Below are positions 44,585 through 55,038 of a DNA stretch of 58,690 nucleotides, piece by piece. This DNA is from Candidatus Saccharimonadota bacterium (GTDB lineage: Bacteria; Patescibacteriota; Saccharimonadia; Saccharimonadales; AWTP1-31): contig JBPOHZ010000009.1 of NCBI GenBank assembly GCA_052034955.1, positions 1 through 58,690 on the forward strand. Direction: 5' to 3'. The notes beneath the pieces are model-generated. The model was not told the DNA's origin, did no database searches, and saw only the letters and a list, made by a program, of their open reading frames with translations. Position numbers and translations under genes: made by a program. Each line of letters begins with the position of its first letter. The stretch's first letter is position 1.

Positions 44585-45151
44585 ATGAGCAGTAATATTG
44601 ACCAAGACTTTGTAGAATACATCGTCAAATCCCTTGTGGGACAGCCAGACAAAGTAATTATCGAACGTCGAATCGACGAAAAGGGAGTTCTGTTAGAGCT
44701 AACCGTTGATCCAGAAGATTTGGGTCGAATAATTGGTAAGCGTGGTGCAACCGCACAAAGCTTACGTACCCTACTTAGAGCACTTGGAACTAAGAATGAT
44801 GCCCGATATAACCTAAAGATCGTAGATAACGGACCAGAAGACTACCAGCGCCCTGCACGTGACGACAAGCCAGCCCAAGCGCAAACTAGCCAATCCGATG
44901 ATACTCAGTCGGACGAAGAAGTTGCTACCCAAGCCCCTAAGCCGGCACCAGCTCCAAAAGAGCAAGCTAAGCGGCCAACTAAGGACCGATCACGTATGTC
45001 TTACAAAGAACGTGCCGAAGATAAACTTCTCGGTACAATCGAAGAACATGGTGAAGAACCAGAAGAAGTTGCTAGCGAAGAAGACACATCTAGCGAACGA
45101 GCACGACGAACTCGTCAAGAACTAGAAGATCTAGACGACCTAGACATCTAA
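44585..45151 (+). CDS. KH-domain RNA-binding protein (YlqC/UPF0109 type) with a long acidic tail
   Basis: GRIIGKRGATAQSLRTLL KH motif. AGGAG RBS. About 110-aa low-complexity C-terminal extension. Confidence 0.85.
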   Translation: MSSNIDQDFVEYIVKSLVGQPDKVIIERRIDEKGVLLELTVDPEDLGRIIGKRGATAQSLRTLLRALGTKNDARYNLKIVDNGPEDYQRPARDDKPAQAQTSQSDDTQSDEEVATQAPKPAPAPKEQAKRPTKDRSRMSYKERAEDKLLGTIEEHGEEPEEVASEEDTSSERARRTRQELEDLDDLDI

Positions 45152-45261
45152 CAATTCTTTTGTTAGAATCAATATGTCTAATCAAAGACAAAAATTTACG
45201 AATAGTAAATAAGCTCTTGCGAGCCAGTGGTAAAACCATTGGGAGCTTTATGTGACAGACG

Positions 45262-45285
45262 GAACCCGGAAACGGGTTCTTTTTG
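45262..45285. terminator. bidirectional rho-independent terminator
   Basis: Stem GAACCCG/CGGGTTC, loop GAAA, then TTTTTG. It lies between two convergent units. Confidence 0.7.
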
Positions 45286-45286
45286 T

Positions 45287-45823
45287 TTATTGTTTGTAAA
45301 GATTATTGTCTGACTTTGAAGTCTGAATGATTGCATTTCTAAGCGCCTCATGGAGACTGACGACTCGACTAAGGTTACCGCCTGTATATCGCGACCAGGT
45401 GTCGCGGTTACCTTCTGGTAAATTTAATCTTGCATCGAGGTCCTTCATTATCTCGTTGTGTAGCTCTCCATCGTCCATCCTGTTTGATACTTGATTTGGA
45501 AGCATTAATCCACTGGAGTATCCAACCAGCTTATTACCGTGGTTGTCGATTATCACCGCCCATGCCTCTTCAAAATTGAGTCCATATCTTTTAACTAAGC
45601 CACTCTCTATTCCAATGTAGTAATCTGCATTTCCAATCTCGTAACATTCATTTGCTCGATTAAGCGCTCCCTGGTAAGTCTCTCTCCCGTGTGGCGCTTC
45701 AGGAACGCCCGACTGGGCATCGTGAGATACGACATCGATTTGCGGACTTCCATGGATGTCTTGGAAGACTTGCTTAACGACTTCAACTTTAGAATTATTC
45801 TTTGTGCCAATAATAATTTTCAT
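45287..45823 (-). CDS. inosine/xanthosine triphosphatase (YjjX/DUF84 family)
   Basis: MKIIIGTKNNSKVEVVKQVF....V.....QSGVPEAP.G.ET..GA.NRA....IGIESGL pattern. Confidence 0.7.
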   Translation of the reverse strand: MKIIIGTKNNSKVEVVKQVFQDIHGSPQIDVVSHDAQSGVPEAPHGRETYQGALNRANECYEIGNADYYIGIESGLVKRYGLNFEEAWAVIIDNHGNKLVGYSSGLMLPNQVSNRMDDGELHNEIMKDLDARLNLPEGNRDTWSRYTGGNLSRVVSLHEALRNAIIQTSKSDNNLYKQ

Positions 45824-45885
45824 TCAAAGATTATCTCATGTTTAGGGATAACTAACCATGGATAGGTGACGATGTGATACAAATG

Positions 45886-45894
45886 TGGTAAAAT
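45886..45894 (+). promoter_or_regulatory. extended -10 element TGGTAAAAT, 7 nt before the trmD ATG
   Basis: TGnTAnnnT followed by atacata and then ATG 45902. Confidence 0.45.
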
Positions 45895-45901
45895 ATACAT
45901 A

Positions 45902-46552
45902 ATGAAGATTCAAGTTATAACCCTTTTCCCGGACATGTTTCCGGGAGTAATGAATGCCAGCATGCTTTGGAAAGCCCAAGACAAAAAGCATCTAGATATT
46001 AGTTATATTGATCTGCGTGAGTTTGGCATTGGTCCACGTAAGACCGTAGACGATACTCCATACGGTGGCGGTGACGGAATGTTACTAAAGCCAGAGCCCT
46101 TATTCGCAGCGGTTGAGGCAGCAAAAAAGAACGATCCAGAAGCTCTGGTGCTGCTTATGACCGCACGTGGCCAACGTTGGGTTCAGTCTAAGGCTCAAGA
46201 ACTTGCTGATGCAGCAAATGGACTAATTATCATTTGTGGACGCTACGAGGGCTACGATGAGCGCATTACATCGGTTGTGGATATGCAAATATCTGTTGGC
46301 GACTACGTGCTAACTGGTGGCGAGCTACCAGCTATGACCGTTATCGACAGCATCGTACGTTTAATACCGGGCGTACTTGGTGGCGATAAAAGTGCCGAAA
46401 TCGAAAGTTTTAGCGACGGAAAGACTTTGGAGTTTCCTCAGTACACTCGACCAGAAGAATTCCGGGATATGAAAGTTCCCGAAGTGCTACTTAGCGGAAA
46501 TCACGCCGAAATCGCTAAGTGGCGATCAGCTAATAGCCAACAAGCTGAATAA
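45902..46552 (+). CDS. trmD: tRNA (guanine37-N1)-methyltransferase
   Basis: ITLFPDMF, DDTPYGGGDGMLLKPEP, ICGRYEGYDER, SVGDYVLTGGELPAM and LLSGNHAEIAKWR. Confidence 0.95.
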   Translation: MKIQVITLFPDMFPGVMNASMLWKAQDKKHLDISYIDLREFGIGPRKTVDDTPYGGGDGMLLKPEPLFAAVEAAKKNDPEALVLLMTARGQRWVQSKAQELADAANGLIIICGRYEGYDERITSVVDMQISVGDYVLTGGELPAMTVIDSIVRLIPGVLGGDKSAEIESFSDGKTLEFPQYTRPEEFRDMKVPEVLLSGNHAEIAKWRSANSQQAE

Positions 46553-46554
46553 CT

Positions 46555-47055
46555 ATGTCTTTTGGTCTAAATCCAGAACAGAAGCAGGGTTATGATGACC
46601 TGCTGAGTTCAACCGAATCCGCCATCAAAAGCTATATATTCTTTAAAGGGTTAATTAGCAAACAGCGTGGCAATCCGAGCACTCCAAGACTAGAACAGAT
46701 TGAACGTGGCCGAGCTGTAGCGGGATTGACTCAAATGATTTGTCGGGCAATATCTATTGGTAGGCCAATTATACTTACTGTTGGCTCCTCGCCCGTAGTG
46801 GTATGTACTGTGGACAGGCCACTTGGTGGCGGATTGACGCATGTACTCCCTACGGGCGCGAACACAGTGCCATTTGGACACGTTGAGCCAGGTCAGAAAT
46901 TGGCTATTGATGACTATTTTTATCATCGAACACCAGACTCTGATTCACCTCAAATTCATGTAGGCAGTAGTTTAGATAGATCATATGCAACAATTGATGA
47001 CATCGGTCCAGCACTGGAAGCATCGACTCCAAGTACCTTTAGCTGGCAAATATAA
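46555..47055 (+). CDS. hypothetical protein in the position usually held by rplS
   Basis: 166-aa ORF starting 2 nt after the trmD stop. No known motif. Confidence 0.45.
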   Translation: MSFGLNPEQKQGYDDLLSSTESAIKSYIFFKGLISKQRGNPSTPRLEQIERGRAVAGLTQMICRAISIGRPIILTVGSSPVVVCTVDRPLGGGLTHVLPTGANTVPFGHVEPGQKLAIDDYFYHRTPDSDSPQIHVGSSLDRSYATIDDIGPALEASTPSTFSWQI

Positions 47056-47086
47056 TCTTAGCTATCTGATTGTTTAACAACTACGT

Positions 47087-48334
47087 TTAGTAATGAGAAA
47101 CAAAGGTGTAGGCTTGGCCAGTTTTACCAGCACGGCCAGTTCGACCAATACGGTGAACATAGTCGGCATAGCTATTAGGCTGGTCGTAGTTGATGACATG
47201 GCTAACATCAGGGATGTCTAGTCCACGAGCAGCAACGTCTGTCGCAACGAGTACCTTAACGCGGTCTCGTTTGAAGGCATCAAGCGCACGCTGTCGTTGA
47301 GGCTGGCTTTTGTTGCCGTGAATAGCTTCGGACTTGTGGCCGATGCTATTAAGGTGATCGGCGAGCTTCTGTACGCCCCATTTGGTTTCGCCAAACACTA
47401 ATACTTTCTCGAACTTAGGATCGGCAAGCATTTCAGCAAGCATAGCTACTCGTTCATCTTTGGTAGAGCGGATAATGTCCTGAGCAATGTGCTCGCTGGT
47501 TACAGGAGAAACAACCGAGATTGTCTCTGGCTCTTTAAGCAAACGGTGAATTAGGCTGCTAATAGCAGGAGTCATGGTTGCACTAAAGCAAAGACCTTGA
47601 CGTTCGGTTGGCAACTGATCGATTAAGAACTCGATGTCACCAATGAAGCCCATGTCTAGCATCTGGTCGGCTTCATCCAAAACTACAATATGAGTTTTGT
47701 TAAGCTTTAGAACACCACGTTCAAATAAGTCCTTTAGTCGTCCGGGTGTACCGATGATAACTTCCGGGTTCTGTTTGAAGGTTCGGATTTGAGGAACGAT
47801 ATTCATTCCGCCGACACATACAACACTTAAGAAGCCAGATCCACGACTAAAAATTTTGAACTCTTGGTCGATCTGCTGTGCTAGCTCACGTGTTGGAGCC
47901 ACGATTAAAGCAGTGGTTCCCTTGGGCATGTCTAGAAGACGCTGGATGGTTGGAAGTACAAAAGCAGCAGTTTTACCGGTACCAGTGTTAGCAAGACCAA
48001 TAACATCCTTACCAGACAAGACGTGCTTGATAGCTTGGTCCTGAATCGCAGTTGGGTTTACGTAGCCAGCAGCTGTAATGTTCTTTTTTAGACCATCATG
48101 GAATGGAAAGTCGGCAAAAGTATGTTCTGGAACATAAGCTACTTCCTCGGCACGAGGTTTAGGCTTGTTAATAAAACGTTTTGGATCGATGTATGCTCCA
48201 CCGCGTCGGTTTCCACCGCTTCGCTGAGGTTTGTGTTTGTAGGCAAAAGAACCACCTCCGTTACCAGAGCGTTTTTGTGTTGAATAAGATTTTTTGTACA
48301 AGATGTACCTTTCGTTTGGGCACGCCACATGCAA
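47087..48334 (-). CDS. DEAD-box ATP-dependent RNA helicase with a Gly/Arg-rich N-terminus
   Basis: Q motif, AxTGTGKT, DEAD (VVLDEADQML), SAT and HRIGRTGRAG. The start is uncertain: the TTG at 48334 or the TTG at 48301 preceded by GAAAGG. Confidence 0.9.
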   Translation of the reverse strand: MHVACPNERYILYKKSYSTQKRSGNGGGSFAYKHKPQRSGGNRRGGAYIDPKRFINKPKPRAEEVAYVPEHTFADFPFHDGLKKNITAAGYVNPTAIQDQAIKHVLSGKDVIGLANTGTGKTAAFVLPTIQRLLDMPKGTTALIVAPTRELAQQIDQEFKIFSRGSGFLSVVCVGGMNIVPQIRTFKQNPEVIIGTPGRLKDLFERGVLKLNKTHIVVLDEADQMLDMGFIGDIEFLIDQLPTERQGLCFSATMTPAISSLIHRLLKEPETISVVSPVTSEHIAQDIIRSTKDERVAMLAEMLADPKFEKVLVFGETKWGVQKLADHLNSIGHKSEAIHGNKSQPQRQRALDAFKRDRVKVLVATDVAARGLDIPDVSHVINYDQPNSYADYVHRIGRTGRAGKTGQAYTFVSHY

Positions 48335-48571
48335 TAGCCCTTGAGGGCAATGAGGATGTGAATGGTGCGATTTATATTCTCTAACTGCGAGAGTTTGAAC
48401 AGCGAGAATAAAAACTTTTTTAGAACTAATTTACTCGATATTCGAATATCACAATTAGAATAATGATAACACGAATATTACCTATTGTCTAGCTCGATTA
48501 TACTAATGTTTATAATTGGAAGAACTAAGCATAAACAGTTATTATATCTACATAAACAATAGAAACTAACT

Positions 48572-50956
48572 ATGACCCATTCCGGAAATACACTATCACA
48601 AGAAATGCTAAGTAAAATTGATGCCTATTGGCGGGCTGCCAATTATCTGTCGGTTGGTCAAATCTATCTTCGTGATAACCCGTTGTTGCGTCGCCCCTTA
48701 GAACTAACCGATATAAAGAACATGCTACTGGGTCACTGGGGGACTACACCTGGCCAAAACTTCATTTACGTGCATCTTAACCGTATTATCAATAAGTACG
48801 ACGCAAATATAATCTATATCTCTGGTCCTGGACACGGTGGTCCGGCACTATTTGGAAACGTTTATCTAGAGGGCACCTTTAGTGAGTATTACCCGGATAT
48901 AACTCAGGACCAAAATGGTCTGAGGGAGCTATTTAAGCGATTTTCTTTCCCGGGTGGCTTATCAAGTCACGTTTCACCTCAAGTACCTGGCTCGATTCAC
49001 GAAGGAGGCGAGCTGGGCTATTCGCTCAGCCATGCCTTCGGAGCGGTTTTTGATAATCCAGATCTTATAACCGCTTGTGTAGTAGGAGATGGAGAGGCCG
49101 AGACTGGCCCATTGGCTACGGCCTGGCACTCCAATAAGTTCTTGAACCCCAAGACAGACGGCGCTGTTTTACCGATTCTACACCTTAATGGATATAAGAT
49201 TAGTAATCCTACTGTCTTAGCCAGGATCGACCGTCAAGAACTGGAACAATTATTCTACGGCTACGGATGGACTCCGTATTTTGTGGAGGGTGATGATCCG
49301 GCACACATGCATGAGCTTATGGCCACTACCCTAGACAAAGCACTCGAAAAGATTAAGAAGATTCAACAGAATGCCCGAGAAAACGACGATACAACAAGAC
49401 CTCGTTGGCCAATGATCATACTAAACTCACCAAAAGGGTGGACTGGGCCTAAGACAGTTGATGGTCGAGCTAACGAAGGCAACTTTAGGTCACATCAGGT
49501 TCCGCTTTTAGTCGACGATAACCACCAACAGAACCTGCCATTATTAGAGAGGTGGATGAAGAGCTACAAGCCTCACGAGTTGTTCGATGAATCCGGAAAG
49601 TTAATTCCTGAGCTTGCTGAGCTTGCACCCAAAGGTCTCAAGCGAATGGGTTCAAATCCACACGCAAACGGTGGACAGCTAAAGTTAGAGTTGATACTCC
49701 CAGAATTTAGAAATTATGCTGTTGATGTAAAGAAGCCAAGCGCAAAGGGTATAGGAAATACCAAAGCTCTTGGGCCGTATCTTCGAGACGTTATTACGCT
49801 CAATAAAGACCATCATAACTTTAGAATTTTCGGTCCAGACGAAACAGTATCTAACCGTCTCGAAGATGTCTTTGAGTCAACAGATCGGCAATGGGTCGGT
49901 GAAATCAGGGAAAACGACGAGTTTCTGGCACCTAGCGGAGCGGTTCTGGACTCTATGCTCAGCGAGCATCAGTCTCAAGGCTGGCTAGAAGGCTATCTAT
50001 TAACCGGAAGGCATGGAATACTCAACAGTTACGAAGCATTTATTAGAATTGTTGATTCGATGGTAAACCAACATGCTAAATGGATAAAGATGTCTAACGA
50101 GATAGCTTGGCGTAAGTCGATACCTTCTCTTAACTATCTGTTAACGTCTCATGTTTGGCGGCAAGACCACAACGGCTTTACTCATCAAGACCCTGGCTTT
50201 ATTGACCACTTAGTAAACAAAAAGGCAGAGGTTGCTAGAATCTACTTGCCACCGGACGCCAACTGTTTATTGTCAGTTATGGATCACTGCCTTCGTAGTG
50301 AGAATTATATAAACCTTACAATCTGCGGCAAGCACGAGAGTAATCAGTGGCTGACAATGGAACTGGCTGTCGAACACTGTACAATAGGTATTGGAGTCTG
50401 GGAGTGGGCCAGTAACTGTGGTGATGAAGAGCCGGATGTAGTAATGGCATGCGCTGGAGATATTCCGACCCTCGAGACATTGGCGGCGGTATCGATTTTA
50501 CGTAAGTACTTGCCCGAACTAAAGATTAGGGTAGTTAATGTGGTAGACCTAATGCGCTTGCAGCCCAATACTGAACATCCGCACGGACTGAGCGACATGG
50601 ATTATGACACGCTGTTTACTAAAGATAAAGAAATCATCTTTGCCTTTCATGGCTATCCGTGGCTAGTTCACAGATTGACTTATAGGCGAAATAATAGGAA
50701 GTTGCACGTTCGGGGTTATAAAGAAGAGGGAACAATTACTACGGCATTTGATATGACAGTCCTAAACAGCCTTGATCGTTTCCACTTGGTTATAGATGTA
50801 ATTGAACGGACGCCGCTAACTTCGCCAGAGGCAATTAAGCTCCAGAACCTCATGGAAGAGAAACTAGTCGAACACACTAACTATATTGCTCAGCACGGAG
50901 CAGATCTGCCTGAAATACGTAACTGGAAATGGCAGGATACAAACAATGTCAGCTAG
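48572..50956 (+). CDS. xfp: xylulose-5-phosphate/fructose-6-phosphate phosphoketolase
   Basis: 794 aa. The [12 protein letters not shown] and [11 protein letters not shown] signatures are typical of phosphoketolases. Confidence 0.95.
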   Translation: MTHSGNTLSQEMLSKIDAYWRAANYLSVGQIYLRDNPLLRRPLELTDIKNMLLGHWGTTPGQNFIYVHLNRIINKYDANIIYISGPGHGGPALFGNVYLEGTFSEYYPDITQDQNGLRELFKRFSFPGGLSSHVSPQVPGSIHEGGELGYSLSHAFGAVFDNPDLITACVVGDGEAETGPLATAWHSNKFLNPKTDGAVLPILHLNGYKISNPTVLARIDRQELEQLFYGYGWTPYFVEGDDPAHMHELMATTLDKALEKIKKIQQNARENDDTTRPRWPMIILNSPKGWTGPKTVDGRANEGNFRSHQVPLLVDDNHQQNLPLLERWMKSYKPHELFDESGKLIPELAELAPKGLKRMGSNPHANGGQLKLELILPEFRNYAVDVKKPSAKGIGNTKALGPYLRDVITLNKDHHNFRIFGPDETVSNRLEDVFESTDRQWVGEIRENDEFLAPSGAVLDSMLSEHQSQGWLEGYLLTGRHGILNSYEAFIRIVDSMVNQHAKWIKMSNEIAWRKSIPSLNYLLTSHVWRQDHNGFTHQDPGFIDHLVNKKAEVARIYLPPDANCLLSVMDHCLRSENYINLTICGKHESNQWLTMELAVEHCTIGIGVWEWASNCGDEEPDVVMACAGDIPTLETLAAVSILRKYLPELKIRVVNVVDLMRLQPNTEHPHGLSDMDYDTLFTKDKEIIFAFHGYPWLVHRLTYRRNNRKLHVRGYKEEGTITTAFDMTVLNSLDRFHLVIDVIERTPLTSPEAIKLQNLMEEKLVEHTNYIAQHGADLPEIRNWKWQDTNNVS

Positions 50957-52133
50957 ATCACTGATACTGGTATCTAATCCTGGCAGCCAGAGTCGCAAAT
51001 ACGCCTTGTACTTAGGCGAGGTTTGTCTGGCACGGCTTCATTTTGAGCTAGTTGGTAAGCAGATATACTGCAGCCTAGTGGCCCACAACCAACCTCAGGT
51101 TTCACAAAAAGCTGATATTGCCCACATCGCTTTTGCTGCTACCAAAGTGATTGATATCTTAAAATCCAAAAAAATTATCCAAGACGACGACCAGATATCG
51201 GCCATCGGACTGAGGATTGTGGCGCCGTCTTCATTTTTCCAGACACATAGAGTAATTGACAAACAAGCCATAGAGCACCTAAAAAGCATTGGCAGTAGGG
51301 CGGTGATCCATATCAATTCGACTCTACAGGAAATTGAGTTACTCAAAATTAGTCTTCCAAAGTGCCCAATAATAGGAGTTTCGGACAGTGCCTTCACGGC
51401 AACAGAGGAAAGTTATATTCGGTCGTATGCAATACCGCAAACAGACGCCAAAAAATTTGATGTCTGGCGTTTTGGCTATCATGGCCTATCGGTTAATTCG
51501 GTAGTCGATGTGCTGACCAAGAAGCACCGTTTAGCTGATAAGGTGATAGTTTGTCACTTGGGTGGAGGCGCTAGTATTACGGCTCTTAGGAAGGGACTGG
51601 TCGCTGATAACAGCATGGGCTACTCCCCGCTAGAAGGACTAATGATGGCTACACGCAGTGGCAATATCGACCCTGTAGCCGTCGAAACCCTCAAACATGG
51701 GCTTGGTCTTACTGCCGATAAAATGCAAGAATACTTAAGTCTCAGGTCTGGATTACTGGGTGTTAGTGGCATCTCCGATGATATTAGGGAACTCCTGGCC
51801 GCCGAAGCCGAACACCCAACCGCTAAACTTGCCCTAGATATGTATGTCTCGCGAATTCAGCAGACCATTGGACAGATGGTGGCGGTAATAGGCGGCATAG
51901 ACTGCCTGGTCTTCACTGGAACTGTAGGTGAACGGTCGGCTATTATTAGGCAAAGAATTCTATCTAAAATGAACTACTTGCATCTGTCGGTAGATAAAGA
52001 AAAGAACAGTCAAGCTATTCAGCCACAAGCCATTACATCTATAAGCCCTGTTTATGCTACCCGAAAAGTCTTGGTTGTACCGTGTGACGAGTCTACCCAG
52101 ATTGCCAAAGAAGTTGCCCGATTTAAGTATTGA
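50946..52133 (+). CDS. ackA: acetate kinase
   Basis: The ATG at 50946 overlaps the xfp stop. [32 protein letters not shown] and [20 protein letters not shown]. Confidence 0.9.
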   Translation: MSARSLILVSNPGSQSRKYALYLGEVCLARLHFELVGKQIYCSLVAHNQPQVSQKADIAHIAFAATKVIDILKSKKIIQDDDQISAIGLRIVAPSSFFQTHRVIDKQAIEHLKSIGSRAVIHINSTLQEIELLKISLPKCPIIGVSDSAFTATEESYIRSYAIPQTDAKKFDVWRFGYHGLSVNSVVDVLTKKHRLADKVIVCHLGGGASITALRKGLVADNSMGYSPLEGLMMATRSGNIDPVAVETLKHGLGLTADKMQEYLSLRSGLLGVSGISDDIRELLAAEAEHPTAKLALDMYVSRIQQTIGQMVAVIGGIDCLVFTGTVGERSAIIRQRILSKMNYLHLSVDKEKNSQAIQPQAITSISPVYATRKVLVVPCDESTQIAKEVARFKY

Positions 52134-52158
52134 CAAAAATTAGATTTAGTACTATAAT
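52130..52158 (+). promoter_or_regulatory. consensus sigma70 promoter: TTGACA, 17-nt spacer, TATAAT
   Basis: TTGACA at 52130-52135 and TATAAT at 52153-52158, both perfect hexamers with optimal spacing. Confidence 0.7.
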
Positions 52159-52287
52159 ACAGAGGTTAAATTGGACAGTGAAACGTAGCTTGTATTTGGT
52201 CGCTTGAGCTACGCGGAGTCAATAGCGAAACCGCACAATCTCTTTTGAATTTTGGCGTTTCCTGTCCTGTCGGTGATAGGAGAAGAC

Positions 52288-52788
52288 ATGAAGAAAATTA
52301 ATCCCGAAGCTGTAATTTCGACGCCAGGCTATATTGTTGGCCTATTACGCGGTGATGCTGCCGTATCTTGTGAGCCTCCAATTACATTTAAAAGCTACCT
52401 AGAAATGGCAGAGGCGCCAATTGGTCAAGATGAGTTCTCAAACCTAACTGGCTGGGGTGCTCGCGCAACTGCGTTGGAGCACTATTCTAGGGTTGCTAAA
52501 GTTCGAGCTGGCGAAGATGCGGACTCAAGAGTAACCGTAGGTGTTTGCATTACACCTGACTACATTACGCATCCAAAAGAGAGATTCCGCCGAAGACTAT
52601 TTGTTAATTCTGTAAAACTCGGCAACTTGGTTGGTATAAATAACTTTGAAATTATCGAGGGGACAACCGGCCCCATAGTAGAGTTTATGGAGGGTTACAC
52701 CGAGTGGGGTGGAACATATGCTAGCTATGTCAGGCAACTACATGGCGAGGTTGTACCTGATCTTTATCTAGACGACTATAAGATTTAA
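52288..52788 (+). CDS. hypothetical protein
   Basis: 166 aa from the ATG at 52288, preceded by an AGGAG RBS. The ORF track TTG at 52252 is unlikely. Confidence 0.5.
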   Translation: MKKINPEAVISTPGYIVGLLRGDAAVSCEPPITFKSYLEMAEAPIGQDEFSNLTGWGARATALEHYSRVAKVRAGEDADSRVTVGVCITPDYITHPKERFRRRLFVNSVKLGNLVGINNFEIIEGTTGPIVEFMEGYTEWGGTYASYVRQLHGEVVPDLYLDDYKI

Positions 52789-52796
52789 TATCCGTG

Positions 52797-54620
52797 CTAG
52801 GCGTTGCTTTTTTGCCGTTTGCGCTTGTTGGGGTCGAGTTCGCGCTTACGAAGTCTAAGGCTCTTGGGGGTTACTTCTAGTAATTCGTCGTTCTCTAGGA
52901 AGTCTAGACACTGCTCAAGACTAAAGATAACTGGTGGAGTTAGCTGTACGACACCGTCGCTGCTGCTGCTTCGCATGTTAGTTAGGTGTTTTTCTTTGGC
53001 TACGTTAATTTCCATGTCGTCACCACGAGTGTTGAGGCCAATAATCTGACCAGCATAAACTTGAGTTCCGGGACCTACAAAACAGGTACCACGTTCTTCT
53101 ACGGTTTGTAGAGCATAAGGTGTTGTTGCTCCAGTTTGGAAGGCAATAAGTACGCCATTACGCTGTTGATCGAGTGCAGAACCAAGCTCTTGATAGCCAA
53201 TAATTAGGCTGTTCATGATGGCCGTACCTTTGGTAGCGGTCATAAGAGTGTTTCGAAGACCAAGCAGTGTCCGGGTGGGCATTTCGTAAATTAGCTTGGT
53301 CACACCTTTATTAGTGGTGAACTGGTCCTTTAGTTCGGCCCGTCTTTTACCAAGTTCGGCTTGTACTGCACCAACTTGTTCGGCACCGACTTCGATGATG
53401 ACTTCCTCGAGTGGTTCCATGGTCTTGCCGTCTTCCACGCGGGTAACAACTTGTGGCCGTCCAACTTCAAACTCAAAGCCCTCGCGTCGCATAGTTTCGA
53501 TTAAAACTCCAAGGTGTAATTCGCCGCGTCCAGATACCAAGAAGCCAATTCCGTCTTGTTCTACCTGAAGTCCAATGTTTGTTTCGAGCTCTTTATTCAG
53601 GCGGTCAGAGATCTGACGGCTGGTGTTGAACTCGGCTTCTTTACCCTTGAACGGAGAAGTGTTGGGCCCCAGGTAAATCTTTAGAGTTGGTGCCTCAACT
53701 TCTAAGACTGGTAAGGCTTCTGGTTTATCTGGGTCGGCTATAGTTTCGCCGATCTGGATATCACCCATTCCTGTGACACTTACGATGTCACCAGCGATTG
53801 CAGTTGGAGTTTCGATTTTAGCAAGACCTTGGTGATTGTAGATTCGATCTATCTTGGCTTTAGCAAACGTTCCGTCTTTTTTGCAGACAACAACCTGGCT
53901 ACCAGATTTGATGCTACCTCGGCTAATTCGTCCAACGGCATATTTACCCTGGAAGCTATCCCAAGAAAGGGCTGTAACAAGCATCTGGAATGGCATATCT
54001 GGTTCAACATCTGGGGCGGAAACATCATTGATGATTCCATCAAAGATAACACTTAGATCGCCATCGGCGGTTGGGTCGGCAGGCATTTCTTTCCAGGCTT
54101 TGCCTTCACGACCAATTGCATAATAGATTGGGTAGTGCAGCTGGTCTTCGTGAACAGCAAGTTCAAGGAATAGGTCGGCAAGTTCATCCTCGACATCCTT
54201 GATGCGGCTTCCTGGTTTGTCGATCTTGTTAATGACTACGATTGGCTTAAGGTTAAGGGCTAGGGCTTTTGTAAGTACAAACTTGGTCTGAGGCATAGGA
54301 CCTTCTTGGGCATCAACAATTAGCAGACAACCATCGGCCATGTTTAGAGTTCTTTCTACTTCGCCACCAAAATCGGCGTGTCCAGGAGTGTCGATAATGT
54401 TGATGTGATAGTCATCGTGTTGTACTGCAGTGATTTTGGCGGTAATGGTAATGCCACGTTCTTTTTCTTGGTCTCCGCTGTCCATTATCAGATCTTGGCT
54501 CATTTCGGCCTGGTTATCGCGGAAAGTATTAGACTGCTTTAAAAGTCCGTCAACTAGTGTTGTTTTACCGTGGTCAACGTGTGCAATAATTGCCACATTT
54601 CGTATCTTCTTAAAATCCAT
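52797..54620 (-). CDS. typA: translational GTPase TypA/BipA
   Basis: [27 protein letters not shown] and NKID. 607 aa with an EF-G-like domain order. Confidence 0.95.
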   Translation of the reverse strand: MDFKKIRNVAIIAHVDHGKTTLVDGLLKQSNTFRDNQAEMSQDLIMDSGDQEKERGITITAKITAVQHDDYHINIIDTPGHADFGGEVERTLNMADGCLLIVDAQEGPMPQTKFVLTKALALNLKPIVVINKIDKPGSRIKDVEDELADLFLELAVHEDQLHYPIYYAIGREGKAWKEMPADPTADGDLSVIFDGIINDVSAPDVEPDMPFQMLVTALSWDSFQGKYAVGRISRGSIKSGSQVVVCKKDGTFAKAKIDRIYNHQGLAKIETPTAIAGDIVSVTGMGDIQIGETIADPDKPEALPVLEVEAPTLKIYLGPNTSPFKGKEAEFNTSRQISDRLNKELETNIGLQVEQDGIGFLVSGRGELHLGVLIETMRREGFEFEVGRPQVVTRVEDGKTMEPLEEVIIEVGAEQVGAVQAELGKRRAELKDQFTTNKGVTKLIYEMPTRTLLGLRNTLMTATKGTAIMNSLIIGYQELGSALDQQRNGVLIAFQTGATTPYALQTVEERGTCFVGPGTQVYAGQIIGLNTRGDDMEINVAKEKHLTNMRSSSSDGVVQLTPPVIFSLEQCLDFLENDELLEVTPKSLRLRKRELDPNKRKRQKSNA

Positions 54621-54628
54621 TATAAATC

Positions 54629-55006
54629 CTAAAGCCTTATTTTAATAAAAGAACCGCTATTAACAGCGGCTTGATCAGTTAATTGTACCATATCTGGTCT
54701 TAATTCACTAGCTTGCTGACAGTTATGCTCTTGCTGTGTCTTGGCATTTCTAAATTCCTGCAACTCTTTATCCCGAATTATTCCCTCTCGAAAGAACATA
54801 GCACTAAAAGCGGCACTCCCTAGACATAGAGCAATATCTTTTCCTTCGACTCCATTAGGATTTGATTGTACAAATTCTTGGTAACAAGTCCCAACAAAAA
54901 CAGCAATTGATGCAGTACCGACAATAAAATCGAGTGCTAGTTCGGCTACTATGCGAGCTTGTCGTAAGTTATGTCTATTTAAAAATGAAGGACGAGCTTC
55001 GTTCAT
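54629..55006 (-). CDS. hypothetical small membrane protein
   Basis: ATG at 55006 (MNEARPS...) is preferred because it avoids overlap with the upstream gene. Two TM segments. Confidence 0.4.
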   Translation of the reverse strand: MNEARPSFLNRHNLRQARIVAELALDFIVGTASIAVFVGTCYQEFVQSNPNGVEGKDIALCLGSAAFSAMFFREGIIRDKELQEFRNAKTQQEHNCQQASELRPDMVQLTDQAAVNSGSFIKIRL

Positions 55007-55038
55007 TAGTATATTATAACATAAAATATATAATGTGG

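Noticed and set aside
45176-45285. SRP (4.5S) RNA in the KH/yjjX intergenic region
   Set aside because: The 5' and 3' halves do not pair into the long helix required. The conserved domain IV asymmetric-loop sequence (GGAAGCAGCC-like) is absent, and only a GAAA-capped terminator hairpin is present.
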